A stretch of 63,805 nucleotides of DNA, the filler included, from Hyphochytrium catenoides (Eukaryota; Protista; Hyphochytriomycota), in NCBI GenBank assembly GCA_900088475.1. It is 17 parts of 17 records of this genome, joined end to end, with 100 filler letters (N's around TTAATTAATTAA, not from the genome) between each part and the next. Parts side by side here need not be neighbours in the genome. Positions count along the whole stretch, not along the records: positions 1 to 27,654 come from FLMG01001058.1; 16 more parts are not named here. One strand, 5' to 3'. A model generated the notes under the pieces. That model did not search any database and was not told the origin of the DNA. It saw nothing but the letters and a program-made list of their open reading frames with translations. Made by a program: the position numbers and the translations under genes. Each line of letters begins with the position of its first letter. Position 1 is the stretch's first letter. Shown one piece after another: positions 11,701 to 23,478 of this stretch.

Positions 11701-14700
11701 CACTGCTGTCTTCATCTCTCCTTGTGATGTAGATCGCCCTTCAATAATGCCGAAAGGGCGCTTCGGGCTGAGGAAAGCGCGTACAACACGAGTGTTGGCC
11801 AAGCCCGATCACTCAAGAAGGCCATACAGGAACTGCAGAAAGAATGTGACCATAATAAGAAGAGAGTGAGTCGCGGTCATCTCTCACGCTCGTCCTACCG
11901 GGTTTATTGGATCGAAAGATCACAAATCTGGCTCCTATCACCGTGCCGCCCTCCTTTCGTCCGGTGATACTCTCTCTGTTGAGCCCTTTACCTTTCCGTG
12001 ATCAGGCTCAGACAAAGCAGTCAGCCTGGAACTGTTCTACTTGCGTGGTAGACTCTACCTATAAGAGCCTTATGCCTCTTTGGTCTACTAAATCTTGTCA
12101 CTTATCGTTGAAGTCTGACTCCTCAGTTCTCTTTTCTTTGGCTAATCTCATTGCTCGCGTTGGTTTGTATGTAGATCGTGTTGGATACCGAGCGTTATCG
12201 GGTGATGGAGCTACAGGGATATCGCTCTTCCATCGACCACCACGCATTAGTAACCTTCGCTGCTGCGTGTGGGAATGCTGACGTTGTCCGCTTACTTCTT
12301 CTTCACGGTGGAGCCCCCGATCATGACGGCCGACACTGTAACAGAGCGGGTAGAGTGCTTCCTATACTTGTGCCTTAAAACGTCTCCCAAGGGTTGGCTC
12401 TAATCATTGTTCTGTGTCTTCAGATCTCTCTCCTGTCATCATTGTGTCTGCTCTGTCCAATCTTTTGTGCATCTAACTTGATCTCATGCTGCCCCATCTT
12501 TGTCTAGCTTCACTGATACAAAAAGTCTGGCGACACTATCACTGGATGCTGACGCGACCACGTTGGATTCCGGCTAGAGCGAGAGAATACCGTGACCGTT
12601 TTCTCTCGTTCCTCTTCTCGCGACACAAGGCTTGCAAGGCTTTCCAAGAAAGCAGAAGGCTACAACGCTTCCCTATCATTGAAGCTGCCTATTACGGGCA
12701 TACAGAGGTAAGAGAGCAGACCAATCGACCGGGGAAAACCTACTGATGGCTTATTCCTCTCGATCTTCAGCTCTTGCTGTGCGTTTCTCCCTATTTTCGG
12801 CCCTCGATTGTCAGGCATGCTCAGACTTTCACAATTCTGTCTTGTCGTTGCTCGGCTTTCTCTTCTCTTTTAGGTTGTTAGAGTTCTTGTCAATGCCGGT
12901 GCATCGATTGGCCGCGTGCAGTACCTCCACCCAATGGCAGGGCCCCCTTATAGCCTAAAGAATGACAGACAGACGGGACTGAACATCGTAGAGTGGATCA
13001 AAGAAGGAGAAAGAGAGCAAGATAGCCGTCTATCCTTCAACTTCAAATCAGGGGGTTGGCATGAGAGCACGCGTTATAAGGACATCATGGAGCTTTGCCA
13101 GCCTCTCTACCAGGTTCGATAGTCACCGGTTCCATCCCAGCCTTCCTTGCGGGGATATTTTAAGTCCATTGTTACTTCTTTACCGCTCTCACTCAATCTT
13201 TTCCACATATGCCCCTTACCTCGCCTCCTCATTCCCGTGACCTTTTGCCTTTGGCGACCCCGACAATGGTCCTATCTCTCCTCTTCTTCTCTATCCTTAT
13301 GTACGGTCCTCCTTCTTTTAGAACTCTGTAGACACTAGACAGGCCTATCAATCGCGTGTCACGGCCGAGCTGCATAGATCCCATGTGGCGATTCAACTGG
13401 TGGAGCTGAAAGGAAAGATGTTTAGCGCTATGGAGGCCCTCGACTTCCAAGAGGTTGCAAGGCTCGCTCAGCAGGGAGCGGATATTGATGCAGAGAATGA
13501 CCACGTGAGGACGCTAGAAATGAGAGACCGGAGGATATGGAGACAGGGGAATTGAAAGTTCAGCAACCGAAGGATGGGTTGCTGGGTCGCAAGAGTGACA
13601 GAGTGAAAAAGATAATGGAAAGCGGCATTGAACATTAAGAGAAAAGCCGTAGAGAATGAAAGAGCATCCCAGAAGGGAGTATGGAGGTTGTAAGAAACAG
13701 TGAACGGGTACTAGGAGGAGACAGGGCGTAAAGGAATCTACAGACCTGAGATTAGATGGAGCAAGGAAAAAGAGAGAGAGTAAAGCAGCGGCGGAAGAGA
13801 AGCCACTAGCAGTCTGACCGCTTTATATCCAACAGTCTGAAACGGCGCTGTTCGTGGCAAGCGCGCACGGCTGCTACACAGTCAACGAGGAAGGGGAGAA
13901 GGTGCTCTCGGTGGAATATCTCCTCAATAGAGACACCCATAAACCCGTCGTGGACAGAGAGAGCTCCAACCACCATACCGCTCTATCGTGGGCTTGCATC
14001 CACACCAACATTAAGGTAATAAGACCATTGCTCTGGGTGGATCCTTCCTTCTAGGTTGTCCTCCTCTCGGCCTTACTCATCGCCCTGCCCTTTAGTTCCG
14101 ACCATCGGCCTGTGATTGTGCCCTCCACTTAGCTCTGAGCCCTGCTTCAATGACCTTTCCTTTCTCAGCTGTTGTCGGCTTGCCTCTCAACACTCTTTCC
14201 CTTATGATGAGTTTTACGTATTTGAGTGTCTTTGGCGTCTTCTCCTCGAACCTGAGCCCTCTTTCCTCTTACTCCATCTCTCGCCGTTTCGTCTCTCTGT
14301 TCTGTTTTTAATTGCTATGCTAGGTCGCATCCAAGCTATTGGAGTTCGGCGCGGACGTGAACCGTCGGCTTTCGACGGGAAAGACGCCGCTGATTCTAGC
14401 TGCTGAGAAGGGAAAACTTCAAGCAGTAGAGTTTTTGCTTAGCCAGAAGGCTGACGCTAATGCGAAGGCAAGGCTCCCTATTTTGAGCGGCCTTGATTCT
14501 ACTCTCCTCTCTCTAAGGGAGAGCATGTTGTTTACTTTGGTTCGCGGGTAGCCTGTGGTCTTCTCCCTTCTTTTCTTGATCTCTCTCTTAGCCTTAGTTA
14601 TGTTTGTCCATCTATCGCCCTATAATTTCTCTGACCACTCTGTTTGTTGGGGTCCTCCGCCCAAGTTATAGCATGCTTACAATCCTTGTCTTTGGCTCCT

Positions 14701-17671
14701 TCCCATCTTTTTGTTTACTCACCAAAATCTACCATGTAACACTCCTTCCCTCTCCCCCTTCTATCCCTATTTATCTCTGTCCCTCGGTGTGTCTCTCTTC
14801 CTCGGCCCATCATTCCGTTCGGTAGGATAATGACGGATTAACGGCCATCGACCATGCAAGGAAGAACGGCTTCACAGACGTAGAGGATCTCCTAGTGCAG
14901 AGGATGCAAAAGTTCATATTGGACCCAGTTTCGGCGGAGTTCGGTACGGCTTGCCTCAAACATGGGTCTGCAACTCTCTTAGGTCATCTCGATTTGCTTC
15001 CTTTACCTTATGCGTACATGGCTCTGGCCTCTTTGTGATCTCATCTACCTAGCAGTCCCAGCAGAGCACTCATGGCGCGTTTTCTCTCTTCCATGTCGTC
15101 AGTTCGTCCTTATATTGTCTGCCCAAATGGTTGCGGCCAGGCTGTGGATAGAGCTCAGGTCACACAACACATTGAGACAGAGTGTGGGAAGAGATTGGTC
15201 TCTTGTTCGCTTGGTTGCAACATCCCAGGCCTCTGGGCGGAAGAGAAAAAGAGACATGAAGAGGAAGAGTGCCCCAATCGCTCAGCTCTCTGTCCGCTGC
15301 GGTGCAGTAGTGTGATGCAGGGGCTGCTACTAGAGAAGCACGTCAAGCACGAGTGCCCTAATCGGCAGGTATTTGACACTATCGTTTGCTCTCTCCCTGC
15401 CCACGAAAGCAGACCTCCTACAATCCGTCAAGTGCTTTCCTACCGCTTTCCCCTTCCGTCTTACCTAACCCTTCGATCCACTATCTTTGTAACCCACTCT
15501 TCTTTTTACCCTTGGCTGAATCTCTCTCTCTCCCTGTAATCTACTGCAGTCGCCTCCGAGGGATGCTCACTATGCACCCCTTCCTTACGGCCTTTTCTCC
15601 TTTCATGTTAGGTACATTGTGTGTCATGCAGTGCCATAGTTAAGGGTAGCAACTGGGATCATCATAGAGAGAATGTCTGTCCCTTCCGCATTCTTCCATG
15701 CTCTCTCTGTCGTCTCTCCCTGCCTGCGAACAAACTGGTAGAACACCAACAGACTGAGTGTCATCTGAGGACAGTGCGCTGCGTGATTGGATGTGGAGAG
15801 AGTATGCTGGCAAGAGAGAGAGACAGGCACCATAAGGAAGAGTGCCCCTTTCGAACAGTAACTTGCAGAGGCTGTGGCCAGCAGCTCAGAGGTGGGCAGG
15901 GTATTGTCTCCCCTTAGATCGATCTACTTCCTTCTTCGGAAGCTCCCTCCTGCCCTTACTCCTGCTTTCAGTGCTCAGTCCCGTAATAATTTGTGTCGCT
16001 TTTCTCTCCTCTTAGCTCCGCCTTCATAACTGGCGCGAGCTATCGATGAGAATCTTCTCAAGTAATCCTCTTTCCAAGATACCTACTTCCCAGACTTCTG
16101 TTCTTGGTTCTAGTTCCTTGGCTTAACTCTTTGGTCGACGCTGACGCATTGGGCACATGAACTATCTCCCTCAGGAGTCGATCAAGAAGCCCATCAGGCA
16201 TCCCAATGTCCCGTTCTACCCAGACCATGTCGTCGAGCGGGATGTTCCGCCCTCGTCTCACTTAGAGATAGAGAAAAGCATGAAAGCCAGTACTGCAGCT
16301 ATCGTTTCGTGGACTGCTCACTAGGTCCGTGGCATCTCCTCTCTCATAATCACTGCGGCCCCGCGGTGATATGATGGCGCCTGCGTGCTTCTGGTCCCCG
16401 TCTCTCTCGCTGGTTCCTGGACCAAGAGCTACTTTTTCAACTGTGCTGTCGCATTGACGCTATGTGGTCGGTTTGCTTCTTCTAGTCGCAGAGAATTGAT
16501 GTCTTGACTTCTCGTTTTTGAGGCGCAGGCTGCGAGATCAAGCTTCGAGCTTTTCAGAAGGAGCAGCATGAGTCAAGCTTTTGCCATCTTCGTCGAGTGG
16601 ACTGCCCTCAGGGCTGCAGACAGAAAATACCGAAGGCGGAAGAGGAGAACCATCTTACTTCTTTCTGCCCCAAGAGATGGGTCCACTGTCGACAGGTAAG
16701 ACTTCTAGATATCTCCAGCTCTATCCTTCGTTCGTCCTAGGGCCGTGCGTTCTCTTTCCATCTCACCTCTGCTGTATTGTCCCGCAAGGTTCACATGTCT
16801 CTCTATGTCTCTCTCTCTCCCCCTCCTGAGCTTGATTCTCTGAGGCTGGAACCCTTCTCGCAGTGATCCCGCAAGGCGTTCCTCTCTCTTACAAAGGGCT
16901 CTGATATCACTCTTCATCTCTCGTTGGTCGCTCCTAAACTTCTAAACGCGAGCTGTACTTCCATCCCTATCAACACAAGTTCTGATCTGCCTCTTTTGGC
17001 CCCTGTCTTTCCGATTTCGACAATCGATAGGAGTGCGGCCAGCAAACCAGATGGGACGAGAAAGAGGAGCATGATAAGGTTTGCGGACGGGTGATTATTC
17101 CCTGCCCTCTAGAGTGTGGGAGGTTCTTAGAGAGGAGAGATGAAGAGAGGCACGTCACCTTTGAATGCCTGCATAGTAAGAGATATTGTCCTCAAGGTAA
17201 TGGCATTCCGCCGCTGTCCTCTTTTTTCTGGGTATCTCTGTCTGACCGCACATGCCAACCTCGTTCCATAGAGGAAGCTACCTCCTCCTTACCTCATTTC
17301 TGGGACTTTTGCTTGTAGCCTCTTTACTCTCTCCTCTTCCACGGTTGAATTGTTCCCACGCTCTTGGACACCGTCTAACGTTCTGTCTGGTTCGACTAGC
17401 CTCCTTAAGTAGTGAGAGCAATCTATTTCATCACGCTGTCTTATGCACATCGCTGTGACGCGTTCTCTGCCGCTGGTCTCATCTAAACCTTTCTCTTCTA
17501 GGCTGTGGCAAGATAATTGTTCATGAGGACGAGAAAGCACACAAACAAAAGGACTGTGAGATGAGATTTGTCGACTGCCCACAGGGTTGCAGGGAGAAGA
17601 TCAGGGCGAAGGACCTATCAATCCACCGAGAGAGGTGCCGTTTGCGAGGCTCCTCCTCAATTGCGCTCTAG
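2762..17671 (+). CDS. Giant multi-exon (~30 exons) protein: ankyrin repeats, ~20 TRAF-type zinc fingers, ankyrin, coiled coil with dynein-MTBD-like insert, ankyrin/IQ, ~14 TRAF-type zinc fingers
   Basis: Most exons join in phase at GT-AG sites (one GC-AG) from ATG 2762 to TAG 17669-17671; the join around 6670-6993 is uncertain. Ankyrin motifs include GFTALMRAAAKG, GHTAFFWACICG, GETLLSRAASRG and GKTPLILAAEKG. Repeated C-x2-4-C-x11-12-H-x3-4-C units include CPLNCGEVVAADGLIEHQQTKC and CPQGCREKIRAKDLSIHRERC. Confidence 0.8.
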
Positions 17672-18166
17672 GCTGCTTACAAGGAAAGCCCTTTGTCAGC
17701 TTGTGGCCTCATCTAGAGGACAGAGAGGACAGGTGTTACCGGCGTATCGTCCAGCCTTCTTCAAATAGCAGTGAGGAGAGGTATAAAGACACAGGTTGAA
17801 AAGACCTTGATGGCGGGTGAAGAGAGATAGGGGAACAGGAAGAATATCAGAAAAGCATGGTAAATGTTCCGGCCAAGCATGCTTCTCTGATACTTTCGGT
17901 GAGACGGCTGGCGGAAGTATTCCCTGCTATTCGCACTGCTCTTCCGCACTGCTACTCTTCCGAGCCGATTGGCAGGGAGATGCATACATTCTCGCTACAG
18001 TGGGATGACACCTCCGAGAGCTTTGGTGGAACACAAGGTCAATAAATATTCATTCATGGTGGATACAGCATGTAGACAATAGAGAGACCGTTGCAGGCAA
18101 CAAGGGGAGGAAACCTAGTAGGGACACATGGTGCATAGCTGAAAGAAAGAAACTATTCCGCCCGGA

Positions 18167-20999
18167 TTAGCCATAAAATAGATCTGTGGCGGGATAGGAG
18201 TAGCTCCGTGGGCGGCCCTCTCTTTGTTCATATTTTGTACACGCCAAGGCACCTCTTTGGCTCTCCCCTCCGAGATGGCACTTTTTGCAGGAAGAGCAGT
18301 GCCATCGAGCGTTCAGCGAATCGTTGTACAACTCCATGTCGCACCATGAGAAGGAGAAAGCCTCGCCGCACTTCTCACACTTTAGACTCGGTATGCTTTC
18401 CTTCACTAGCACTCTCTGTCCACAGCAAGGCAGCGTGACCTTGTCATGGATGTATCGTGTCATATCCTTGATGCGGCTCAGGTTATGCAAGAAGCAGGGA
18501 TTGTCTCGTAGGAAGCGCGCAGCAATGACGTCCACTCCTGCTGCGAACAGCTTGGAAAACGGATTGCGGCAGATTTTGCACTGATAGAGCAAGGTGGAAC
18601 GCAATCCACAGTTAGTAAACGAGAAGAGCGAGCGCAAAAAGAAGCTGAGGAAGGGGAAAGAGACTGAAAGAGAGAGAGAGTGGCAGAGAGAGAGAGAAGA
18701 TATTGAGGGAAGAAGAGATAGCGTCAGGAAAGCGTGCATGAGAGAGACAACAAATTCAAACATAGGCGAAAGCATGTCTGCACAAACTCCAAGAAACCCA
18801 AATACCAAGACCGGACAAGGAAGGTGGAAGGCCGACGCTACCTTGCATGACTGGCTACACATCTCCCCAGCTTTGACGCAGCAACACCTGGCCCATGTGG
18901 GGTGAGCAACGGAGCATGAATTGAAGAAAATAACGATAACTATCGGGGCCCAAGATAGAGAAGGGAGAGCACAGACGAAGAGAGAAAGAGAACGGTACAA
19001 AAAGACATACCTCGCATTCCTACAGCCGCCTGAGCATTTGCAGACCATGGTCCCTGTGGCTAAGTGACCAGGAGGCAGATGGGTCAAAAGACAAGGCATG
19101 AATGGGAAAGAGGTAGATTCAACGTGGATCTTCTAGACTCACCATAACCTTCTACACTGTCAATTGAGGTAGCCCGGGAAATAGCCGAGGGGAGCAGTCC
19201 TGTGTCATAGTCCCCGCTCCACGAGAGCTTTCTTCTAGATGATCTGGAGTCTCTGTCTCGCCCAGTTTCCTTCCGTCGGTGCATCAGCGGCGAGGTAGGA
19301 AGGGAAGAAAAAGGACCTATCAGGTTCTCTCCTTTAGGTGCAATCTTCACAGATCTTATGTGGTCGGAATGAATGTCATCGGCTCCTGTGAGGACGTAGA
19401 GCGGGCCGTGGGAGCTAGGAGAAGTGGGCCAGACGGGGAGAGAGCTATGTGAAGGCGAGGAGAGAGTGACTTGAGCAGGACTTCGAGGGCTCTGAGGAGT
19501 AATTGCCCCTGACAGGTCTCGAGGGAGAAAGTGGAACATTTTGTTCCCTGTTAAAGTGTCAACTCCTAGCTTTCCTTCTCCAGGTGGAGGGAGGATTGTT
19601 AGGTATTCCTGTGGCTCCTCTGAGTCTTCAGAGAGATCTGCCAACTCCATTTCTCGACCGCCCAGGAGAGAAGAGGAGCTGCTGCCTTCGTCTCCCTCAT
19701 ACAAGTCATTAGGAAAGAAGCCAAACATAGTGGAGAACGTCCCTGCAGGTTCAGGGAGGTCTTGCATCTCTGTATCGTCCAGCGAGAGAATAGGCTTCTC
19801 AATATCGCCTTCCAGCGTCCCGGTCTCCCCTCGGTCTTCGTCACCAGTAAACGGAATAAGCTCACCAACCGGTGGGTCTATGGTGCCAGAAGGAGGTAGA
19901 GGGAAGTCTAGGCGGAAACAGTCAGTCGGCATAGATTGTGTGACAGGGAGGGATAGCGACATCCCGGCCGGAGAAGGAGATGGTGGAGCAAGTGGAAGTG
20001 CAGGAGACGATGGAGGAGCCAATGGCAGCGAAGAGGGAGGGAAGGAGCCGTATACGCCCGGCAGGGGAGAGGTGTATTCTCCAGCCCCCATATATATGTT
20101 CCCATAGTCTTCTCTCGGCAGGTCATACTCCACGCTCTGCATTGAGAGAGGAAATTGCAAGAGACACAAAGAAAGGAGAGATGGAGAGAGGGATTGTTAA
20201 TCAAGAAAAGATAGAGCGAAGAGATGGTGAGACTTTAATAAGAGCAGAAGAGAGACATATTGAATCGCTAGAAAGCAGATTTTAGAGCATGAGAATACGA
20301 TACATTGGACACTCGAAGAAAGAGAACCTGAACGAGGAGAATACTGCAGCCAGGCCTCCACCATTGCCGCCGAAGGCATGCGCCAAAAGAGTGAGGAAGA
20401 GCAACAAAGCCGCGAGAAACGGCAATTCTGTAGGGGCTAGAATGGAGACAGGCCAATGGCAGTAGGAAGAGGCCCAGTGAAATGGAGGGAAGGTATGGAG
20501 TCCTTCATCAAGTCCCTGCACTTACTGGGAGAGGGGTGAAGCCGTTCAAAGTCTGTTCTTCACTTATCCTGTCTCTTTCCTCTGTCAGTCTCTGGGCTAG
20601 GCAAGCGGGACAGACAGGAGAGAGAAGCTGCTTTCCATCTCTGCTTGTTTCTTTGAGTCGTTTCACAGTGTCGGCCCGCAAACAGCCCCTGTGAACTGCG
20701 TGGCCGCACTGTGTGAAGCGCAAATCGGCGCCCGAGCTCCCACAGAAGACGCATGGGAGAAGGGGAAGAGACGGAGGCGTAGAAAGCCTAAGAGAAGAGA
20801 TTACATCCTCTCTTAACTGAGAAGAAAGAGAGGTAGAAGGGAGAAAAGGCGAGAGAGACGAAGAAGTCTCATCCTCTCCTAGGTTGATATTAAGAAGCTG
20901 GAGGACCTCACTCTCGGCAAGCTCGTAGCTCTGCGGCGAGTGGCGGCCATACAGTGGGCCTTGCAGCTTCTCTTCGGAGGGATGGTCCAGCACATTCAT
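18167..20999 (-). CDS. RING-H2 + Pro/Ser-rich linker + tesmin/TSO1-like CXC and further Cys-rich domain protein (5 exons traced; start uncertain)
   Basis: CVFC-x11-CGHAVHRGC...CPAC fits C3H2C3. The spliced C-terminus reads MVCKCSGGCRNAR|CCCVKAGEMCSQSCK|CKICRNPF...LPCCG...CEKCGEAFSFSWC...HCSSCKKC. Introns at 20525-20137, ~19142-19061, 19010-18888 and 18841-18581 keep phase. Confidence 0.75.
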
Positions 21000-23030
21000 G
21001 GGGTTGGCTAGCACGACCCAATCCGAAGTGTGCGAGAGAAGAGAGACGAAAAGAATTATCAGAATCATTGCGACTAGACAAGTCTCAGAAACAAAGCTCT
21101 TACAGGTAAATGCGATGAGAGAGATAACATATGGGAAAGTAAAACGCCTGGAAGACAGGGAAGCGATAGAGCAGACAGCGCAAGAAGAGAGAAGCCAAAG
21201 GGAAGAACGAGTGCGAGAGANNNNNNNNNNNNNNNNNNNNNNNNNNNNNNNNNNNNNNNNNNNNNNNNNNNNNNNNNNNNNNNNNNNNNNNNNNNNNNNN
21301 NNAATATAGCCAAGGCCGCATAGTGCAACCAGAGGTAACAGTGAGCCGCAGCGCCCTTCTGTCACCCTCAAGACAAAGAAAGAGAGCCAAGGCACCACAA
21401 TCTAAGCAGAATCTTATAACGGACCTGGAGAGCGAAAGAGAGAGAGAAAGTTAGTATGCGAGAGCGAGAGTGAAAAAAGACAGAGAGAGAGAAGTCAGGG
21501 AAACTAAGTCTATTGGCCACCACTGGGAAAGGAAGTTATTACCTTGAAGAGCTCAGAGAAGTCTGGCTGGCCTTCGAATCCAGGTCGAAAGATAGACAGA
21601 GAGAGTATCGAGAGAGATCAAAGATAGGTGTTGAGAGGAAGATCCAGAAGATAGCCGTCAATGGTCGTTGGGAGAGGATAGAGCCAAGCAGCTAGAGAGG
21701 AACAACCAGCACAGAGAATCTTTCCGTCTTTCTTTCTCTCTCTCTCTCCTCGGAAAACGCAAGATTTTCTTTATTGCTTGCAGCAGAGCGCGGCCGCAGA
21801 TGATGCGCTCGTAGGGATCTCACGATCCTCTGATGATAGGGAAAGAGGTCGATTGTCTAACAAAGATGAGGCACGAGGAGGGCTACAAGGTGGTCGGGGA
21901 ATGGGGCGAGAGAAAGAGAGAGTGTGAGAGCGAGCGAGCGAGAGTGAGAGCGAGAGAAAAGACCCTGGATTCGCACTAGAGCTGCANNNNNNNNNNNNNN
22001 NNNNNNNNNNNNAAGAGAATGAGACGAGAGAGAGACAAAAAAAGAGAGAACGAGAGAAGAGAGTGGAAGAGAGGGAAAGCGAGAGAAGAGAGACAGAGTC
22101 AAGAGTTTAAGATGAGAGAATGAGAACCTGACCATCAGGAAGCAAAAATTGAAGAGAAAGAGCGAGAGACAGAGGGAGAGACACAAAACGATAGAAAGAG
22201 ACAAAGAGAGAGAGAGACGCACACAGGAAAGAGAGAGAGAAGAGACGAAAGAGAGTGGTAGAGACAATGTAAGAAGACAGACAGAGTCAAGAGTAAGAAC
22301 AACACAGTTCTTTGTACCAAGATCAACACTCTAACATCATAACTCTATGATAACTATTCCTTTCCAAAATCGATAACCGAGGATGACACTGTAACGGCTT
22401 GTCACTCTGCGTTCCTTTGTACGTTGTCCTAGTTCTCAGAACCTTGAGGGCCAAGGGTAGAAGAAGATCTCTCGTCTGCTTGATAGTTCAAGCGCAAGGG
22501 CTTCCTATGCTACCTTCACCTTGTTCGTTCCTCCCAGAGCACACATTGCCTGCTGCGCCCTGGTGCTCGATCGCACCCCTGATGACGAGATAACCGTGAG
22601 CGGCCCTACGAGAGTTGCTAAGAGTGTGTGGCTGCTCTTGCCCTCAGTTAGACTGCTTGCCTCTTCCAATAATCAAGCGCCCTGTAGGTTTTACCATCTT
22701 TGCAAAAAAAGCTTCTAGTACACCTCCGATAGTAATTGATCATCCTTGAAAAGAACGTGAGCTTTGAGACATTCCGGGGAGTGCCGCCCTCGCCGCTATG
22801 GCTGGCGCTTTACACTGTAGCGGGCAATCGCCTCCGCACTGCTGCGCCCTCAGAAAGCTTACGATGGGCATATAGAGTGATACTTGGCTCACTTTCATAA
22901 TTTGAGCCCTTGTGTCGTTACTGGTCAGGCACTGCCTGAAGGTGCTCAAGGACGCTCCCCTTTCCGAGTAAACGTCAAGAGGTCCTCAACATATTAGAGA
23001 ATAACGACTTTACGATTGCCTCACAATGTA

Positions 23031-23128
23031 AGGTCCAAACCGTGCTGAAAGATGTTTGGAGAGAGAAAGTTCTTCAGCGCCCAGGTCCAAACCGTGCTAA
23101 AAGATGTTTGGAGAGTTCTTCAGCACCC
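23031..23128. repeat. Tandem duplication of a ~52-bp unit
   Basis: AGGTCCAAACCGTGCT(G/A)AAAGATGTTTGGAGAG..TTCTTCAGC(G/A)CCC occurs at 23031 and 23083. Confidence 0.9.
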
Positions 23129-23478
23129 ATTGGTAAGCGTTAGTGCGCAAAGGCACCGTCCTCAGTGACAAATGTAATGATGACCTTGGCAAAGTTTAAA
23201 GAGCAGAACCAGTCTGCTCGTGGCCAAAGAGGTCATCAACTAGGTCAGTTGGATAGGAGTACTTTCTAAGTCTTTATAAACTCGCCGAAGGTCTATACAT
23301 AGCGATTCCTTTTTGGCCTTCTTATGGGTAAAAAGGGTGAGCTATATTGTGTGTGTACACTGAGCTTGATAGTTTCCTTACTAAGCAACTTCTGCACGTG
23401 GTGCTACATTCTTTGGCGCTCTAACCAGAGCCACCGCGCGCTCAGGAGTAACTAACCGTAGGCGGGGGAGACTGCTGC

